A stretch of DNA of 63,641 bases, the filler included, from Choristocarpus tenellus KU-1152 (lineage: Eukaryota; Protista; Phaeophyceae), in assembly GCA_964200185.2 (NCBI GenBank). It is 7 parts of 7 records of this genome, joined end to end, with 100 filler letters (N's around TTAATTAATTAA, not from the genome) between each part and the next. Parts side by side here need not be neighbours in the genome. Positions count along the whole stretch, not along the records: positions 35,734 to 43,379 come from CAXNAD020005823.1; positions 43,480 to 51,825 come from CAXNAD020004826.1; positions 51,926 to 54,609 come from CAXNAD020025674.1; 4 more parts are not named here. The stretch is one strand, 5' to 3'. The notes under the pieces are model-generated. The model searched no databases. It worked only from the letters and a program-made list of their open reading frames with translations, and was not told the DNA's origin. Shown piece by piece: positions 38,384 through 52,079 of this stretch (the stretch's first letter is position 1; every line of letters begins with the position of its first letter). The position numbers and the translations under genes were made by a program.

Positions 38384-40762
38384 ATGACCGAGGCAACGAG
38401 GCAGTATGGACCTGATATTAATCTCGATTTATTGCATTTCGATGAGGAAAGCCGTAGTCTGCACGTAAAAGTGGGGGACCAGCGACCTCTGGGCTTCGGT
38501 AACCCCCGTTTTGATAAGCTGAAGGACTCCATTGTTGCAAGAAAGATGCGGGAGACGGAAGGGTTGAATAGAAAAGCAATTATTCCCACTGGTATCTCAC
38601 GCAACCAATCCCCACCCATGTCCGATTCCAATTATTTGGGAGAAAGAGCGGGACCAGATATGGGAGGGTCCAATGGGTTAGTGGGGCCAGAGGATGCTCA
38701 GCTTCAACCGGGGTCGTCATTAGTCGACTTTTTAGGTCCTCTGGGATCCTTCAAGGAGCTTCCTAAGGTATCGAGCGCGATAGATCTTATTCGAACGGCC
38801 TCACACGATCACAGCTCACAAAGCATTTCGAATGTACAAGGTCTAAGGCAAGCGAATGTGCCCACAGCTTACGCAACTGTCGAGCAAACAGGATATTACC
38901 GCCCATCTGATCGCATCGGTCGACTATACACTAGCACCGCCGTCGCCCTCACATCAAATGCTGCTAAGGCTGTTGCAAAGACTACTAGCGCCCTGGCAGT
39001 CGCTGGGGGAGGGAAAAAACTTGCCAGGCCTGGCGATGTTGCAGGACAGAATGGTCCCTGTAAGCTTGTGACAGCGCCGGCAGCTGCCGAATCCCGTCAA
39101 ATCCTCAAAAATATGGCACTTCAACATAGTGCATCAGATAACACGTTTTTTCAGTGTCCTTCGAGGGCTGAACGTAATGGAAACCTAGAGCTCTCCCGGA
39201 TGGAAGATGTGGATGTGAGTTATATCCCAAATCAGGATGAGGCAGGAAAAGGAAAAAGAGAAGAAAGTGAACAGGTGGATGAGAAGGGGAATAGGCTTGA
39301 CATTTGCTCACCTCAAGATACTCGTACAAAGCTTCGACAGATGCGCTCTCCACCTCGGGGGAACAAGATTATAATTGCTCAGCCGACTATCTCAATGGAC
39401 CTGGAGATGAATCGTAAGGAGTCCCGAGTGATAGATTTTACTGCATGGAACCCTGCAAGTGTTGATGACACACCACGTACACCACTGGACAGTGGGACAA
39501 ATGTGCTCGAAAAGAGAGGAAGTAGTGGTGAAATATCTGGGGCGGAGGCAATTCGACAAAAGGAGTCCATTAGGAACTACTGGGCCTCTGTGGCTGCCAG
39601 GGTAGATTATGGTTCACCTAATGCCCTTGGTGCTGGTGCCATGTCAACATTGAGCAAGCTACCACAGGTGAATAGTCAATGTACGGGTTTCCCCGTGGAT
39701 AGATGGGTGGGTGTTCATTTGTGCATGATAGTAGCGGACTGGCATTGTACTTGTGCATCACAGACACACAAAAAGGGGGGGGCTTCACATTATATCCCGC
39801 AGTCTTTTCGTCCTAAACACCTGAAGGTATTTTGATAGTGTATATATATTAAGGATTGTACTCCTCCCTGAGATCTTCCCGTTTACCTCAAAGCATGCCT
39901 CAAGAATATATATTCAGAGTAGAGTTGAATTGCACGCATGCCATAGATTTCATACCATGGTTTAGGACTTGGTCATGAACAGCTATCCCACAATCAAAGG
40001 TGCCTCACCATTTCGTGTCAGGTTACTTTCTTGACAAGAATACACCTATGTTCCACGAAAGTGGTAGAAAATGATGCTACAGTTATGACTTTTCCATATT
40101 CTAAATGATGTTGAGACTTTTTTTCACAGCGACCTCAATGAACTCTGAGCCAATATCCGTGATGTCATTGTTGCAGAACTACAGTCTACTATCAAAATAA
40201 TGCATCAATCAACTACTCCGAAGTACATAAAAAATACAGACATGACCACCCTTCCTCAACAGGGTGGGGTTGATGGTGTCGCATCACGTCTAGCATTTGA
40301 GATAAGACCAATCTCTGGTGTGGATCCTGGGGTATACCAGACCTACATAGAAGAATTGGTGAAGGGAATGTTCGAGGTGAGCTCACTCAAGAAAAACCTG
40401 GTAGATTCTTGTGATAACCCCATTTGGCATTTGATAAAAAGTGAACCATTTCCAGATTGGGAGCTTGACCGAATGTGCAGCATGTTACATTGTACTAAGT
40501 AGTATATTCCTGGGACACCATGGATCGTTGTGACATGCTCAGTGTGTCTCCTTGGAAAGAATACACAGAAGCAATGGTGTACAAGCCTCTCTAAAACTAC
40601 CATTGTGGTACCGCTCCCTAATCTTACCCACCTCAACTTCTAGGAGGTGCAGTCTGACTATGCCACATCAATTGCGAGGGCTATCGTTGACTACGAGTTG
40701 AGAGACGTAGCTGGACAAGAGATATTAACAGTGGATCCCGGACACCTCACTGCTGGTCCTCG
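38384..40762 (+). CDS. Axonemal inner-arm dynein heavy chain (DNAH3/DNAH7-like), 5' partial
   Basis: Exons 38384-39667, 40263-40358 and 40644-40762. YIEEL|EVQSDYATSIARAIVDYELRD resembles the E..DY..S..K.IVD(Y/F).L.D N-terminal motif of monomeric inner-arm dyneins. No motor domain in the window. Confidence 0.65.
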
Positions 40763-41360
40763 GTGAGTATATTGAGGGGAAAACAGGATGGACAGAGAGT
40801 GAATTCTGGTAACCCAGTTTTAAGGTACACCTTGAAGTTCTTTTTTTTCTTCTCTAGGATGCAAATGCGACTATAGTTCAACGTGTAAGACGTGTACATT
40901 CTTGGAATGTGCTGTGGTTAGGGTTAGGGTTTTTTCGTGATAAACTCCTGCACCGTTGTAAACATATTGGTCTCTCGTACTTACTGAGCCTAGTGCTATT
41001 GATGTAGCCTAATAGGATACTTCCATACCAGTTGAAAGTACACAAGTTTAGTCCACAAAGATGCAGTCCTTTTGGACTAGGTGAAAATTGCTACACTCAG
41101 AAGAATATGGTAGTATATCTCAGCTTATGACTCCTTGAGCAAGCACAACTATTTAGACAGCAGCTAGCTGCCTGTGTCATATCCAAGATCTGGCAACCCC
41201 GAGGACCTGGTTAAAGACATTTTGACATTGGTCAATCATGAGCCTTTACATCAGTGTGTCCTTGCTGGAAAATTCAAAACTCGTTGAGATCATTGCTCAG
41301 AAATTAGACATCAATTTGCGCCTTGAACAGGAATCATCCTTAAAGTCTTCTCATGAAGAA

Positions 41361-41535
41361 GGCCCAAAGTATCTGGGAGGGGGGGGGTCTACACCAGAGT
41401 GTCCATTTGGACCAAAACCAGGAAAAGTGCACTTTAATTATCCACCCAACGTAAGGAACCAAATCACCCAAAAATTGTGACTTGAAAAAATTGGCCCCAA
41501 GTAGACAGCTGCCACCCCCCCAGACACTTCAAGCC
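41361..41535 (+). mobile_element. MITE family B, full length (~175 bp)
   Basis: TIRs ggcccaaagtatctggg / cccagacacttcaagcc. A 45-bp mini-derivative follows at 41537-41581. Confidence 0.8.
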
Positions 41536-42159
41536 AGGGTCAAAAACGGACCCCAGCACCCCCCCCCCAGATACTTTGACCCCAAAACCAGTCTTCCAGT
41601 GCAACTTTGTCCTTTACCTTTTTGCAGCCACGAACCCTGATCCTAATCCGTTTATACGTCTAGTACATATTGTAGTTGAAGTACAATGCTATTATGAGAG
41701 TGATAGAAGAGGCTGTTGTGTGCAGAAATCTCAAGAGCCAATCTCCATACTAAATTAGCACCTGAAGGAGACCTTGCGTTCCTTGCCAACCACTTGCCCA
41801 GGTGGTACCACAGTCAGGAGTATCTCATTCCGGAATGGCGGGTGCTAAGGCAAACAGGCGTTTCTCAGGCGAGGGTGTGTCGCTCTGCTCTCTCCCTGCG
41901 GCGAAGGCTCTGTGCGGTAAGGACAAGCTAATGATTGCAATATGAGCTACCAAAGGGAGGGATAGGTACAGCGGCAACTCATGGCAGGTTCAGTAGGAAG
42001 TGCCAGCTTGACACTGACAAACCAATGCCGAGATGTGGATACTTTGGTCAAAGTAGGGGTTCCTCTTTCCTTGGATACTCTGCTCAGACCCTGGAACATT
42101 TCTGAAACGGGCATGTGGCTGGACTCTGTTGTTCCTTGCAATGAATTGCGCAACACAGA

Positions 42160-42463
42160 GACCCAAATTATCTGGGGGGGGGGGGGGGGGGCCACCGGGG
42201 GGGCCCTTTGGCCACAACCAAGAAAGAGCCTTTTCATTCTCCCTGGGCCGATCGCAAACACANNNNNNNNNNCAAAACAAAACACAAAGTTGGGGGGGGG
42301 GGGGGGGGGGGGGGTGTACACCAGGGTGTCCATTTGGCCAAAACCAGGAAAGTGCATTTGCATTATCCATTGGACGTATGCAACCAAATCACCCAAAAAA
42401 ATTGACATGAAAAAATTGACCCCAAAATGGACAGGCGCCAACCCCCTCCAGATACTTTGAGCC
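42160..42463 (+). mobile_element. MITE family B copy/copies spanning a 10-N gap
   Basis: gacccaaattatctggggg ... ccagatactttgagcc, flanked by AGA on both sides. Confidence 0.7.
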
Positions 42464-42660
42464 AGAGTCTGCAATTGGAATCAGTATGTCCTTTGTGTAT
42501 AAAACCCACATGTTGTCCTCCAATGCTGTCGTCTACATCCCGTTGCTAACTCCAACCCGATCTCCCTTTCATTAAGTGTTGGCCAGCAGGTGCCCACTAT
42601 CGCCCTTGTATCTGTAGTCCGTATCAATCTCCCAATTTGGAACTCTAATGCCTTTAGTAC

Positions 42661-42919
42661 GATTGAAATTATTGTAGAGGGTACAAGTTTTCCCCTGTTT
42701 GTCCATTTGGCACTTGACTTCCCACAGGTTTGTTTTGACATTTTACCTACTCCAAAATGTTTCTGATTAGGCATAAAGTATCCGTTATGAAAAGGTGTGT
42801 CCGGAACAAGGATATTGACACTTCCTAGCAAACACGATAGCCAAAACTACATCAAGATTACAACAATGGATTTTGGTCCCCAATCGGACGCGACTGTACC
42901 CTCTAAGATACTTTGACTT
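42661..42919. mobile_element. MITE family A, full length
   Basis: TIRs gattgaaattattgtagagggtac / gtaccctctaagatactttgactt, with GTAC on both flanks. Confidence 0.85.
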
Positions 42920-43533
42920 GTACATAACATTTGTTGCAGGTGGAAACCGTCATGGGAGACCTTGAACGCCTTTGGCACACCGGGGTGATCCCTAGTGATT
43001 GGGACCCTGCTGCTTTTGGAGCCTCAGGAGATGTGGTGAGTGTAGAGATCAATAGATGGGTATAAAAAAAGGTTGGAGTTGACATTCTTATGATGTGTTG
43101 ACACTCTGGAATTTGGGGGGGCAAATGAATCTGGATCTCTGGATCTGAAACTTGGTGTCTGAATCTTCTACATTGAAGAGAGAGGATGATTTGAAAATGT
43201 CGTTCATATTCCTGGGGTATAACCTATTTGATATTTTGAATATTGCATCGCTTAAAAGGCCTAAAGCAACCTCAAGAATAGGTACATCTAAGGTAGTTTG
43301 GTCTGTGATGCATCGGGCATATAGGTATCTGTATGTTGCATAGCGCCATGAGGCCAAGGGGTCAATGTATCTGGGGGGGNNNNNNNNNNNNNNNNNNNNN
43401 NNNNNNNNNNNNNNNNNNNNNNNTTAATTAATTAANNNNNNNNNNNNNNNNNNNNNNNNNNNNNNNNNNNNNNNNNNNNAAAAAAAAAAAAAAACCAAAA
43501 TGTGTGTTAAACCCCATCCCCAAAAATATTAAC

Positions 43534-43565
<32 letters not shown>

Positions 43566-43925
43566 TTCCCTTTACCACACTGAGGTCATTTACAAAAAAC
43601 AGGTGAATAGTGCTTCAGAAACAAGGGTATAATCACTATAAAAACCTCCCCACTGGAGAGGATCAACAAATCCATTACTTGACAGTCTCAGTAGCAAGCA
43701 TGCACAGAAGCAGACACAATCCAGTCTCACATGGAAACTCCCCACCTCCCTCCCACCCCACATACAATAAAAGAACCACATAAAAAAAAGGATAACCAGA
43801 GCTGAGTCCTACTCCTGTGAACAGCATGTCCATCTATATGCAAGCCATAATTGACAATAATTTCAATTAAATAACCATTCCGCAGAAGCAGCAGCAGACA
43901 GGCAATCCCATCGCAGGTTCATAAA

Positions 43926-46900
43926 TCAAGCCCAAGGAAGGTCCAAAATAAGTGCCCCCTCCCCCTTGACCATGAAAACTCTTCCCCCTAGCCCTCGCGC
44001 AAGAAGATGGTTTTTGACAGCAGGAAGAAGGCGTGGTCCATTGGGACCACTGTGGCGTCCCCTTCCAACCACAACAAGTAGCTTGGAAAATCTGACCCCT
44101 GTCAGACTCCCCACAACCATTTGACTTCTGTTCACATGACTTCTGTTCACATTGCTACCAAGAGGTGTTTCTCGACCCCTTCCCACACCAACTCCACCCT
44201 TCAGAGCTTCCAGAACACTCTCAAGGATACTTATTGCCTCCGATAGACGTAGATAGTGCAAATCAATCTCAAGTTGACCTGCCCGGGGGCATTTAGAAGG
44301 ACTGGGCAACGCCAGGATCTGCTCTCCAACAAGAAAACGACATGAGTTGGCAAGGGTCGAGATGAACTGTAGCAATTAGTTTAAGAGGATAAGGGGATCG
44401 ATTCCATTGCCGTAATCACAACATCTCCGACAGATCTAGTGCATCCCCTCACAAACAATGCCACCATCCGTCGCCATTGTATCCTATATATAGAAACTCT
44501 TTTGTAGCAGTAAAAGCCCTAACCCTAATCCTACTGTAGTCCAAAACAAGAACAAAAAAGTCGCTCCACAATAAAAAAAAACTTTGTAGTAAACACACAC
44601 ACACACACACACACAAACAAACAAATACACACCTCAAGAACACTTTCACCATCCCCTGATGTCTCTTGCACTATCCCCGGGCCAACCAATATTCCAGGGT
44701 TCCTAAGGCGAAATGTCATTCTTGCAGCACAGCGGTTCAGTCTTGCCACCTTCGCCTTATAGCGCTGACCATCCTCTGCCAGATGGGCTGCAGCCGCACC
44801 ACCATGTTGTCTGGTGTGTAGGTCATGGAGCCAACAGGAGGGGGAGGGCGAAAGCGAGAGATGAGTCAAGAATACAGTTTGCACATTTCAATGAATTAAG
44901 AGCATGTGCCGTGTGCGTAGTGAGACAAAATACAAATACAAATACACATAAATATAAATATGTATACCTTACTTTTTAGTACAGAGCCAATTTGAATTGT
45001 ATAGGCCTCAAAAGTAAAAAAGATTTTCAGGCCATTTAAAATATATATTTTGGAACAGAAAAATAAATATACGGTTGTGGTGGTATGTCGCTACTGTCCT
45101 GATCGTTGTCTCGATTTCAACCTGTTCGATTTGAATGAACACAATCTTATCAAAACTCTGGAGGAGAATCTCACCCTCATTCAAGCCAAGTTTCAAGATG
45201 TCACCTAGGAAAATCATCTGTTCCCACCACCACTCCATTTGAAATGGCCCGAATTGCCTCTCAGATGGCTTCAGCCCCTTTCAGGAGATATCATATTCAA
45301 GATAGATACCCCATGCCATCACTACTACAAAAAAAGGTTAAGAAACCTGGGTCTAACACCAAGCCCTAAAATGTCAGCCTGTTGCAAAAGTATGATGAGC
45401 TAACGATTGCAGCTGAAAAACTGAATTATTAGAGTATTGACCAGAGGGATTCGCAACTTACAACATAGTTGATCAAGATTAATCATCTGAGTTGATGCAC
45501 ATGATGCATTGACGGTAAGCTGCGTAGCCTCAACGAAATAGGCCTGCAGAGTGGTGAGGGGCCCAGCCCCATCAAAGGCTCAACTTTTTGAAGGCTATGT
45601 AACATAAGCGAACCCACATGTCCTCCTTCAGGATCTACACAGGAAATTTCTAAGGCGTGTACGCGCGCGGGTGACGCGCGGAATAACCGACTTGACGGTT
45701 TTAAAACATTGGGTCTTCAGTTAACCGCAAGTTGATCAAATGCGGCCAATTATAATCAGTACTCCATGTACTTTGGTTCAAAATTTACTACATATAGCTC
45801 TATTGTTGAACATCGAGAAAAAGGAGAAACTCACCTCTTAGTCAACTAGTCGGATACAACACCCTTTTTATACCCCACAGGAGGTAGTTACTCCCTGATG
45901 TCAAATTAAAAAATCAGAAAACAAACGAACATATTCTTGTTACCACCGAAGATTACCTTAATTTAACCTTTACCAAATAGTAGTTAAGTACTCACAAAAA
46001 TCACAGGGAGACACAGTGTACCCGTAGACCGGTCAATCCATCATTGCGCAGGGGCAGAGCATCATCAAAGATACATACATTAAAGTATCACAACAACTGC
46101 ACTCTTATTGCAAGTAGTGGAGGAAAATCAGACTACAAGCTTCAGATGTTACGCAAACACAGGAGCACCAAACAAAAAATAAAAAAAAAGGCATTCATCC
46201 CCACAGGCTACATACACAACGAGGTTTGAAAGCATACACACACCTCAGAAAAACTTTCAACACCAACGTGCACTGTTCAATACTGAAGACAAACTCACCT
46301 ATGACCCTGCACTCCCCCAACAAACAAACAACCAAACACACAACTTACAACAACAAAAACGTCTCGCAAAAGACTGTCTGAACCACGTTCACCAAAAATA
46401 TGAAAAAAAAAATGAATAAACTTTATAAAAAACAACACGCGTGCAACATACCTGCCCCCAGCACGGTACACCTGAGCTGCCCGGTTAAACCTCTGACGCA
46501 TCTGCTCCGCGGCCTTCGAAGCCTCTTCCCGGAGAGCTTCCACCTCCTTCTCACTGCCCCCAATTTCCTCTCCGATATTGCAGTGGACTGCTGCTGCCTT
46601 GGAACTTCCCTCCCCCCCCCCCTCTTCAACTGTCTTTGCTTCCTTATGGACATTAAAGATGCCTCTTGTGCCTTCCTGATGATTCTTGTACACCAATTTA
46701 ACAAATATCGTGTACATGCACGCACGCATAATTTTGGACGTGTCGGAAGCAAGCACGACAGAAAAGCAAGGGAGCTGGTTGACGGAAGGGACTGCAATGA
46801 GATGTATCACACACACCACATTGTGCATACAAGAAATTCGTAAGGAGTTTTTGACCCTCTCCATCGGCATACAATCTCCCCTCCAGCTCACCTCTCCACA

Positions 46901-49900
46901 CGTTGCTCCAACCCCTCTAGCAGTGCCCCAGACTGTCATCCCCCCACCCCGTTGCTGCTGACGCATACGCCTCCTCCACCGCCGTGCCCTCTTTCCCCCT
47001 CCCCTACATCCTATCTCTCCTCCCTCCCCACTGGGAAAGAGGCTTTCCATGAGTACCTGGGCCGCCAGCCCAGGATCATATTCTGTAGCAGCAAGAACAG
47101 CAGCCAACTGTCCCTTCCCCACACCTTCGAAGGCAAGAGAAAGCTGAGAGAGGGAGTCCAGCTAAGGAGAAAAAAACAAAACAACAAAAGCCAAATTTGA
47201 TGGGAAAAGCCAAGGAAGGGGAGAGGGAAGGAGGTAGGCGGTAGGAGGTGGGTGAACGGGTTGTTGTGGAACCGTCAGCATGTATGGGCTAAGACACAAG
47301 TTCAAGGACTAGAGTGTCGAGGCGGAAGTGGGGAGAGGTGGGGGGGGGGGGGGGGGATGAAGTACTCAACGCTTGAGGACGGAAGCTAAACTCTCCGTTG
47401 TGCATGTACAAAAGGGGGAACTCAACCAATGGCATTTAAGGGGGCCATATACTTGGAACACAGGAGAACAGAGGGACCAAGTTGAGTTCATAGAACCAGG
47501 ACGGTAACCAGTAAACATTCCATGGTGTGAGTGGAATTCTTGTAATAGTAGGGGCAAATATTACATAATCCCATTTCGACTCAGTCAACAGCCCATCATG
47601 CAGTCAACAGAAATCGATGAACTTTCTGCATGACTTTAAAGGAAGGGTCTTGAGGTTTCAGAAGAATTTATTCTCTCGCGCTACGCCCAAACCCAACAAA
47701 GATCCACGTTGCACTCATGAAATTGCTGCAGCTTCTACTGCAACATGAGCACAACTACTTCCTCGGAAGCTCATCCCACAAACACTTGGGGCATCCCATT
47801 CCGCCGTAGAATCTCACCGTAATGTCTTTCAATCAATAATGTGCAGTATCATTATTAGTAAATACCTTACTGCCTCACCAAAATGTGCCACCACAACATA
47901 CACCAAAAAAGTATAAACAGTGAACAATACACATGGACCGATTTTTACATTACACATGACAGGAAAAAAATCGTGTCTTACAACTTATATCACGAACTCA
48001 ACTGACCTGTAGTCCCGGCAACACAATATTCACACTACAAACATCCTCGAAATATTGAAGAGGGACAAAAAAAAAAAAGTTGCTTATTTTACAAAGGCCA
48101 ACCTTACTCAGCGATCCCCTCATCAACAACATCAATGCGGTCCTTTTGTCACCTCCGACTTCCACAAAATTTATGAGTTATTGCCCCGCACTCAAGTTTT
48201 GCATTAGATTATTCTGGAAAACACGAGTATAAAATTTTACACCAGACCATACTGAGAGACTCCAACAGCAAACGCAACAATGATAAGCACCTGGTCTAAA
48301 GAAAGCGCAGCTTCATCCACCTCGTCGTCCTCGCCCAGTCTTGAGCCTGTTCTCTCATCCCTACTGTTGGCACCATCAACACCTTCAGCTTCTTGGCAAT
48401 ACCCAACGAACAAGTCGTATTCGGATCCACCCTCCACATGGTCCTCTTCATCATCCTCAAAGCATTCAGGTGCCCATGCAGGGTTATCACTAGAGCAAGG
48501 TGGAAACGCCACATCCACATCGGCATCTCCCCAGACGTCGCTGCATGCTTGAGAGGCAAGCTGGACGGCCTGTGTGGGTGGACATTCAAACATGAACAGA
48601 AAGAAAAAATACATTTTAAGGTTATCCGATCAATGAACTGTTGGCAGTAGAGGATAAAAATAATGGTAACACTCGAAAAACATCGGGTATATTGCTTTCA
48701 GTCATTACTCTAGCACCACACGCCGTACGCCTAATCCATTACCCTACCTGCCCTGAACCCTAACAAGCTATAATGATACCATAAAGATACCCACCTCCTC
48801 AAGATTCCCACCAGACCGAAGAAACAGTTCCGATAGTTTATCAGTCGAAAGAAGACCGCCAAACATATCGTCCAGAACCACAAACGCCTCCCCCTCTGAC
48901 AAACCCTCTTCTGCATCCTGGTTGCTCTCAAAAGAGTACCCTTCTTCTCCCGTTCTCCAGAAATTAACATCATCATCAGATTCTGACTCAAGCTTTGACC
49001 CTCCAATAGCACCATTAGATATCCCACCCTCTAAACCCTTCACCAATGATGACCTGCTCACCCCCCCCCCACCCCCCTGACATCCATCCCTGTTGTTGCT
49101 AATGCCAGCAGTGTTGCGCCAACGTCGCACACAGGACTGTTCCGTTTGAATGTCAGAGGTGGCCTCTTTTTTACACCCCTCCACCCCGTGTGTGTGACCG
49201 TCCTCCACACCCCCCAACTGCTCAGCAACACGCACTTGCTGCTGCTGTTCGTGCCAATGCCTACCCCCTTTTGTCTTATCGTTCCTCAACCCTCTTGATG
49301 TCTGCGATGCGGATGCCATCAATACATTTGGCGGTGAGAAAGACTCAATCCGTTCGACTCTTTTTTCTCCAACTGGGGTCAGAAGGGGAATAGATTGTTG
49401 GAGGCCACCTTTAATACCTGATCCTCCACAGCTCGTAGACTTTCTTGGAACCAACGTTGTTCTGTCCTCACTACTGCTACTGCTACTGCTACTGCTACTG
49501 CTGCCACTCTCACCACCTCCACCACCATCACGTTGATTAACATTCTGGTTCATAGGTGAGCATGCTAGGGGTTGGAAAGGGACTGGGACTGGTCTGACAC
49601 TAGATCCAAGGTGTATACTCCCTTGTCCTTTCCTATCCTGCCATTGCACACTGCCACCAGGATCTAAAAGCAGTGAGATAGCACCTGCAAGGTCACTATC
49701 AGTACGGACACGGACAACCACTTTAAAGCCCTCACGTTCCTTAGGAGGTGTAAGCAGTGATGAAAATCTAGATACCACTGCCTCTGTGTCGTGACCACCG
49801 CTAAGTGTGGGGTGCCCAGACCGATTGCGAACACGGCTCTTGCAAAGATCTTTTGCAGAGGGGGTTTGGGTACAGAATTGGATGTCACCATTAGTCTCTG

Positions 49901-51197
49901 GCGGCGGATATTTCTGGAAACAGGGAAATTAAAACGTCTGGAGTCCTACGCTCTACTAGTCTACAGATTGGTCTCAAGCAAAATTTTGACAGTAATGTGA
50001 ATATTGAGATCATAAACAAAAACCTGGGGTTCAGCAGGACTCAGTACTGCAAGCAAGAAAAAGAGTTGAAAACTAGATTAATGTGCAGTCTTGAAGACAT
50101 AGTGCTTAAATGTTTCTTGTCTGCCATACAAATAGCTCAATAAATAAACAATTGCATGTCTTCACAAAATTATCCCCCCACATTCCTGACAGTGCATGTG
50201 TAACAGTCTTTCATCGACTGGCATTGACAACAGTAACAAAACAACATTGGTTGTACCTCTTCATCGCATGCTCGATGACCCAATCATGGTAAATTAAAAG
50301 GACTCGTGCCTCCTAAGTAAAAGGGGAGTGCTGAACATGCAAACCTTGCCTTCCAATTCCCAAGCACATATTGGTCTTCCCTTCCCACACACACCTGGGT
50401 CGGTGTCAAGCCACAGGGAGAGGCATGCATCGCGACCTAAGCCAGCCTCGGAACTCAGCCTCACCCAAATGGCTCTCTGTGGGTCATCGAAATTGCACCT
50501 TAAGGTGTACGCAAAAAAGGCCATGGGAGAAAAAGCAACCAAAGAAAAACAAGGGCCCATGAGAAGCGCCTCATCACTGCTGAACTAGGTAAGTAGTCTA
50601 CTATCAGCAATACAAAACCCTCCACATACTCTTGAATGAAAAATTTGACCCACTACAACACCATCTGAAGAGCAAGCCTCATACCAACATGCGTACCTGT
50701 CGACAACAACTCGTTCACCCCTGGAAAGGGCCAACCTGGCCGCCCGTTCACAGGCCTTTCTCGATCCAAGCTTGTCCTGGTTCACCACTGACCATCCTAG
50801 GTCGGCTAAGAAAGAAGCGACGCTAGACTTTCCGCTGCCAGGTATTCCCACCAGAACCAACATTCGAAACTCCCCGCCACCATGATGCTGAGGGGACTGC
50901 TGGCATTTCTTGCGGGTCTCTAAACCTATACGGCCCGTCACATTTCTGTTCACCATGTCCTTGGTGGAACTCCAAGGGAACATAGATGCAGGTTGAGTGT
51001 TCAAAGTGTAAATTAACCGTGCTCAGTCAGCCGACCTGTATCCCCGACTCCTTTAGCCTTGTATGGACGGGTAGGTGTCGCAAGTGATGGAATCCCTGTC
51101 CAGACATTTGATCTTCAAGCTGATTGCGCACCAAGTGCCGAATGGCAACACCTTTCACTGTGTTAGAGATGTTCGTTTCCAGAAATACATCAATCAT
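43926..51197 (-). CDS. N4BP2/Cue2/NONU-1-like protein: AAA_33 P-loop kinase + two CUE-like + DUF1771 + Smr endonuclease
   Basis: Exons ~51197-51036, 50959-50697, 50498-50395, 49849-48795, 48569-48291, 47143-46892, 46675-46452, 44810-44650 and ~44323-43926. Kinase motifs LVLVGIPGSGKS, VVNQD, VVVDRCN, CKSRVRNRSGHPTL. CUE-like DDMFGG...GNLEEAV and LAFEGV...YDPGLA. DUF1771 helix AAQVYRAGG...AAAHLAEDG. Smr IDLHYL and VVVGRGRHS...LLPAV. Confidence 0.85.
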
Positions 51198-52079
51198 AGT
51201 GATGGATGGAGGATGGAGGGTCCAACTTTGTAACTTCAAAAAGAAAAAAGGACTGGAATCGCAACAGAAAATAGAACTAATATCAATATACTTCTTCTCT
51301 CTATTTCTGAATAGAGTTAAGAGTAGTAGTTTCATGAGTTGGTAAGGTATGAATCTAATAAATAATATATTATTATATCCCCTAAAGATCTGTCAAGAAA
51401 TAATGATGTCATCTCCCATTGTGACATTTTGAAGATATGTTGGAGATGGAAAAGTACACAACTTCTTATTAATCCAAACTATCACACAAGAACACAAGAA
51501 TTTTTCTATTGAGGAAAAATACAGTGGAATAAAATTAAAAGTACGTTAGACCCATCAGCAACAAAATACTTTTTTTATTGACCTTGATACATTCACCTAC
51601 AAAATATCACCATTTTTCGGACCATCCGAAATATTTAATATCTACCAATTTCGACCTTTCCCGTTGTTCCCTTAACAATCTTTTGACCCCTGTCAAGTAC
51701 GTATGTATCTCTAAAACAGAGTCGTTCCCCTCCATAAAGTCTATCTTTCTCTCTATATTTCTAGTTTTGCTTTGCTCACGAATTCTGGATTATTATTATT
51801 ATTTGCACATTCCTATTTTCTTATTNNNNNNNNNNNNNNNNNNNNNNNNNNNNNNNNNNNNNNNNNNNNTTAATTAATTAANNNNNNNNNNNNNNNNNNN
51901 NNNNNNNNNNNNNNNNNNNNNNNNNTTGGCGGGCTGGTGAGGGGGCAACACGGGGGGAGACGTAGGCGACAAAAGCCACCCCCTTGCTGTGGAAGCAACT
52001 GTCATGGTGTTTTCGGGCAACAGGAGGTCTTGGGCAGTGAGAAGGTGTAGGAGTTATTAGATTCAAAGACGAGCGTACG

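Noticed and set aside
40918-40931. Telomere-like TTAGGG/CCCTAA doublets (also ~44517 and ~36695)
   Set aside because: Only 2-3 units, interstitial; not a telomere.
46299-46306. 8-nt micro-exon (CAG|GGTCATAG|GTGAG) in the Smr gene
   Set aside because: Inclusion would break the phase-2 junction between 46452 and 44810.
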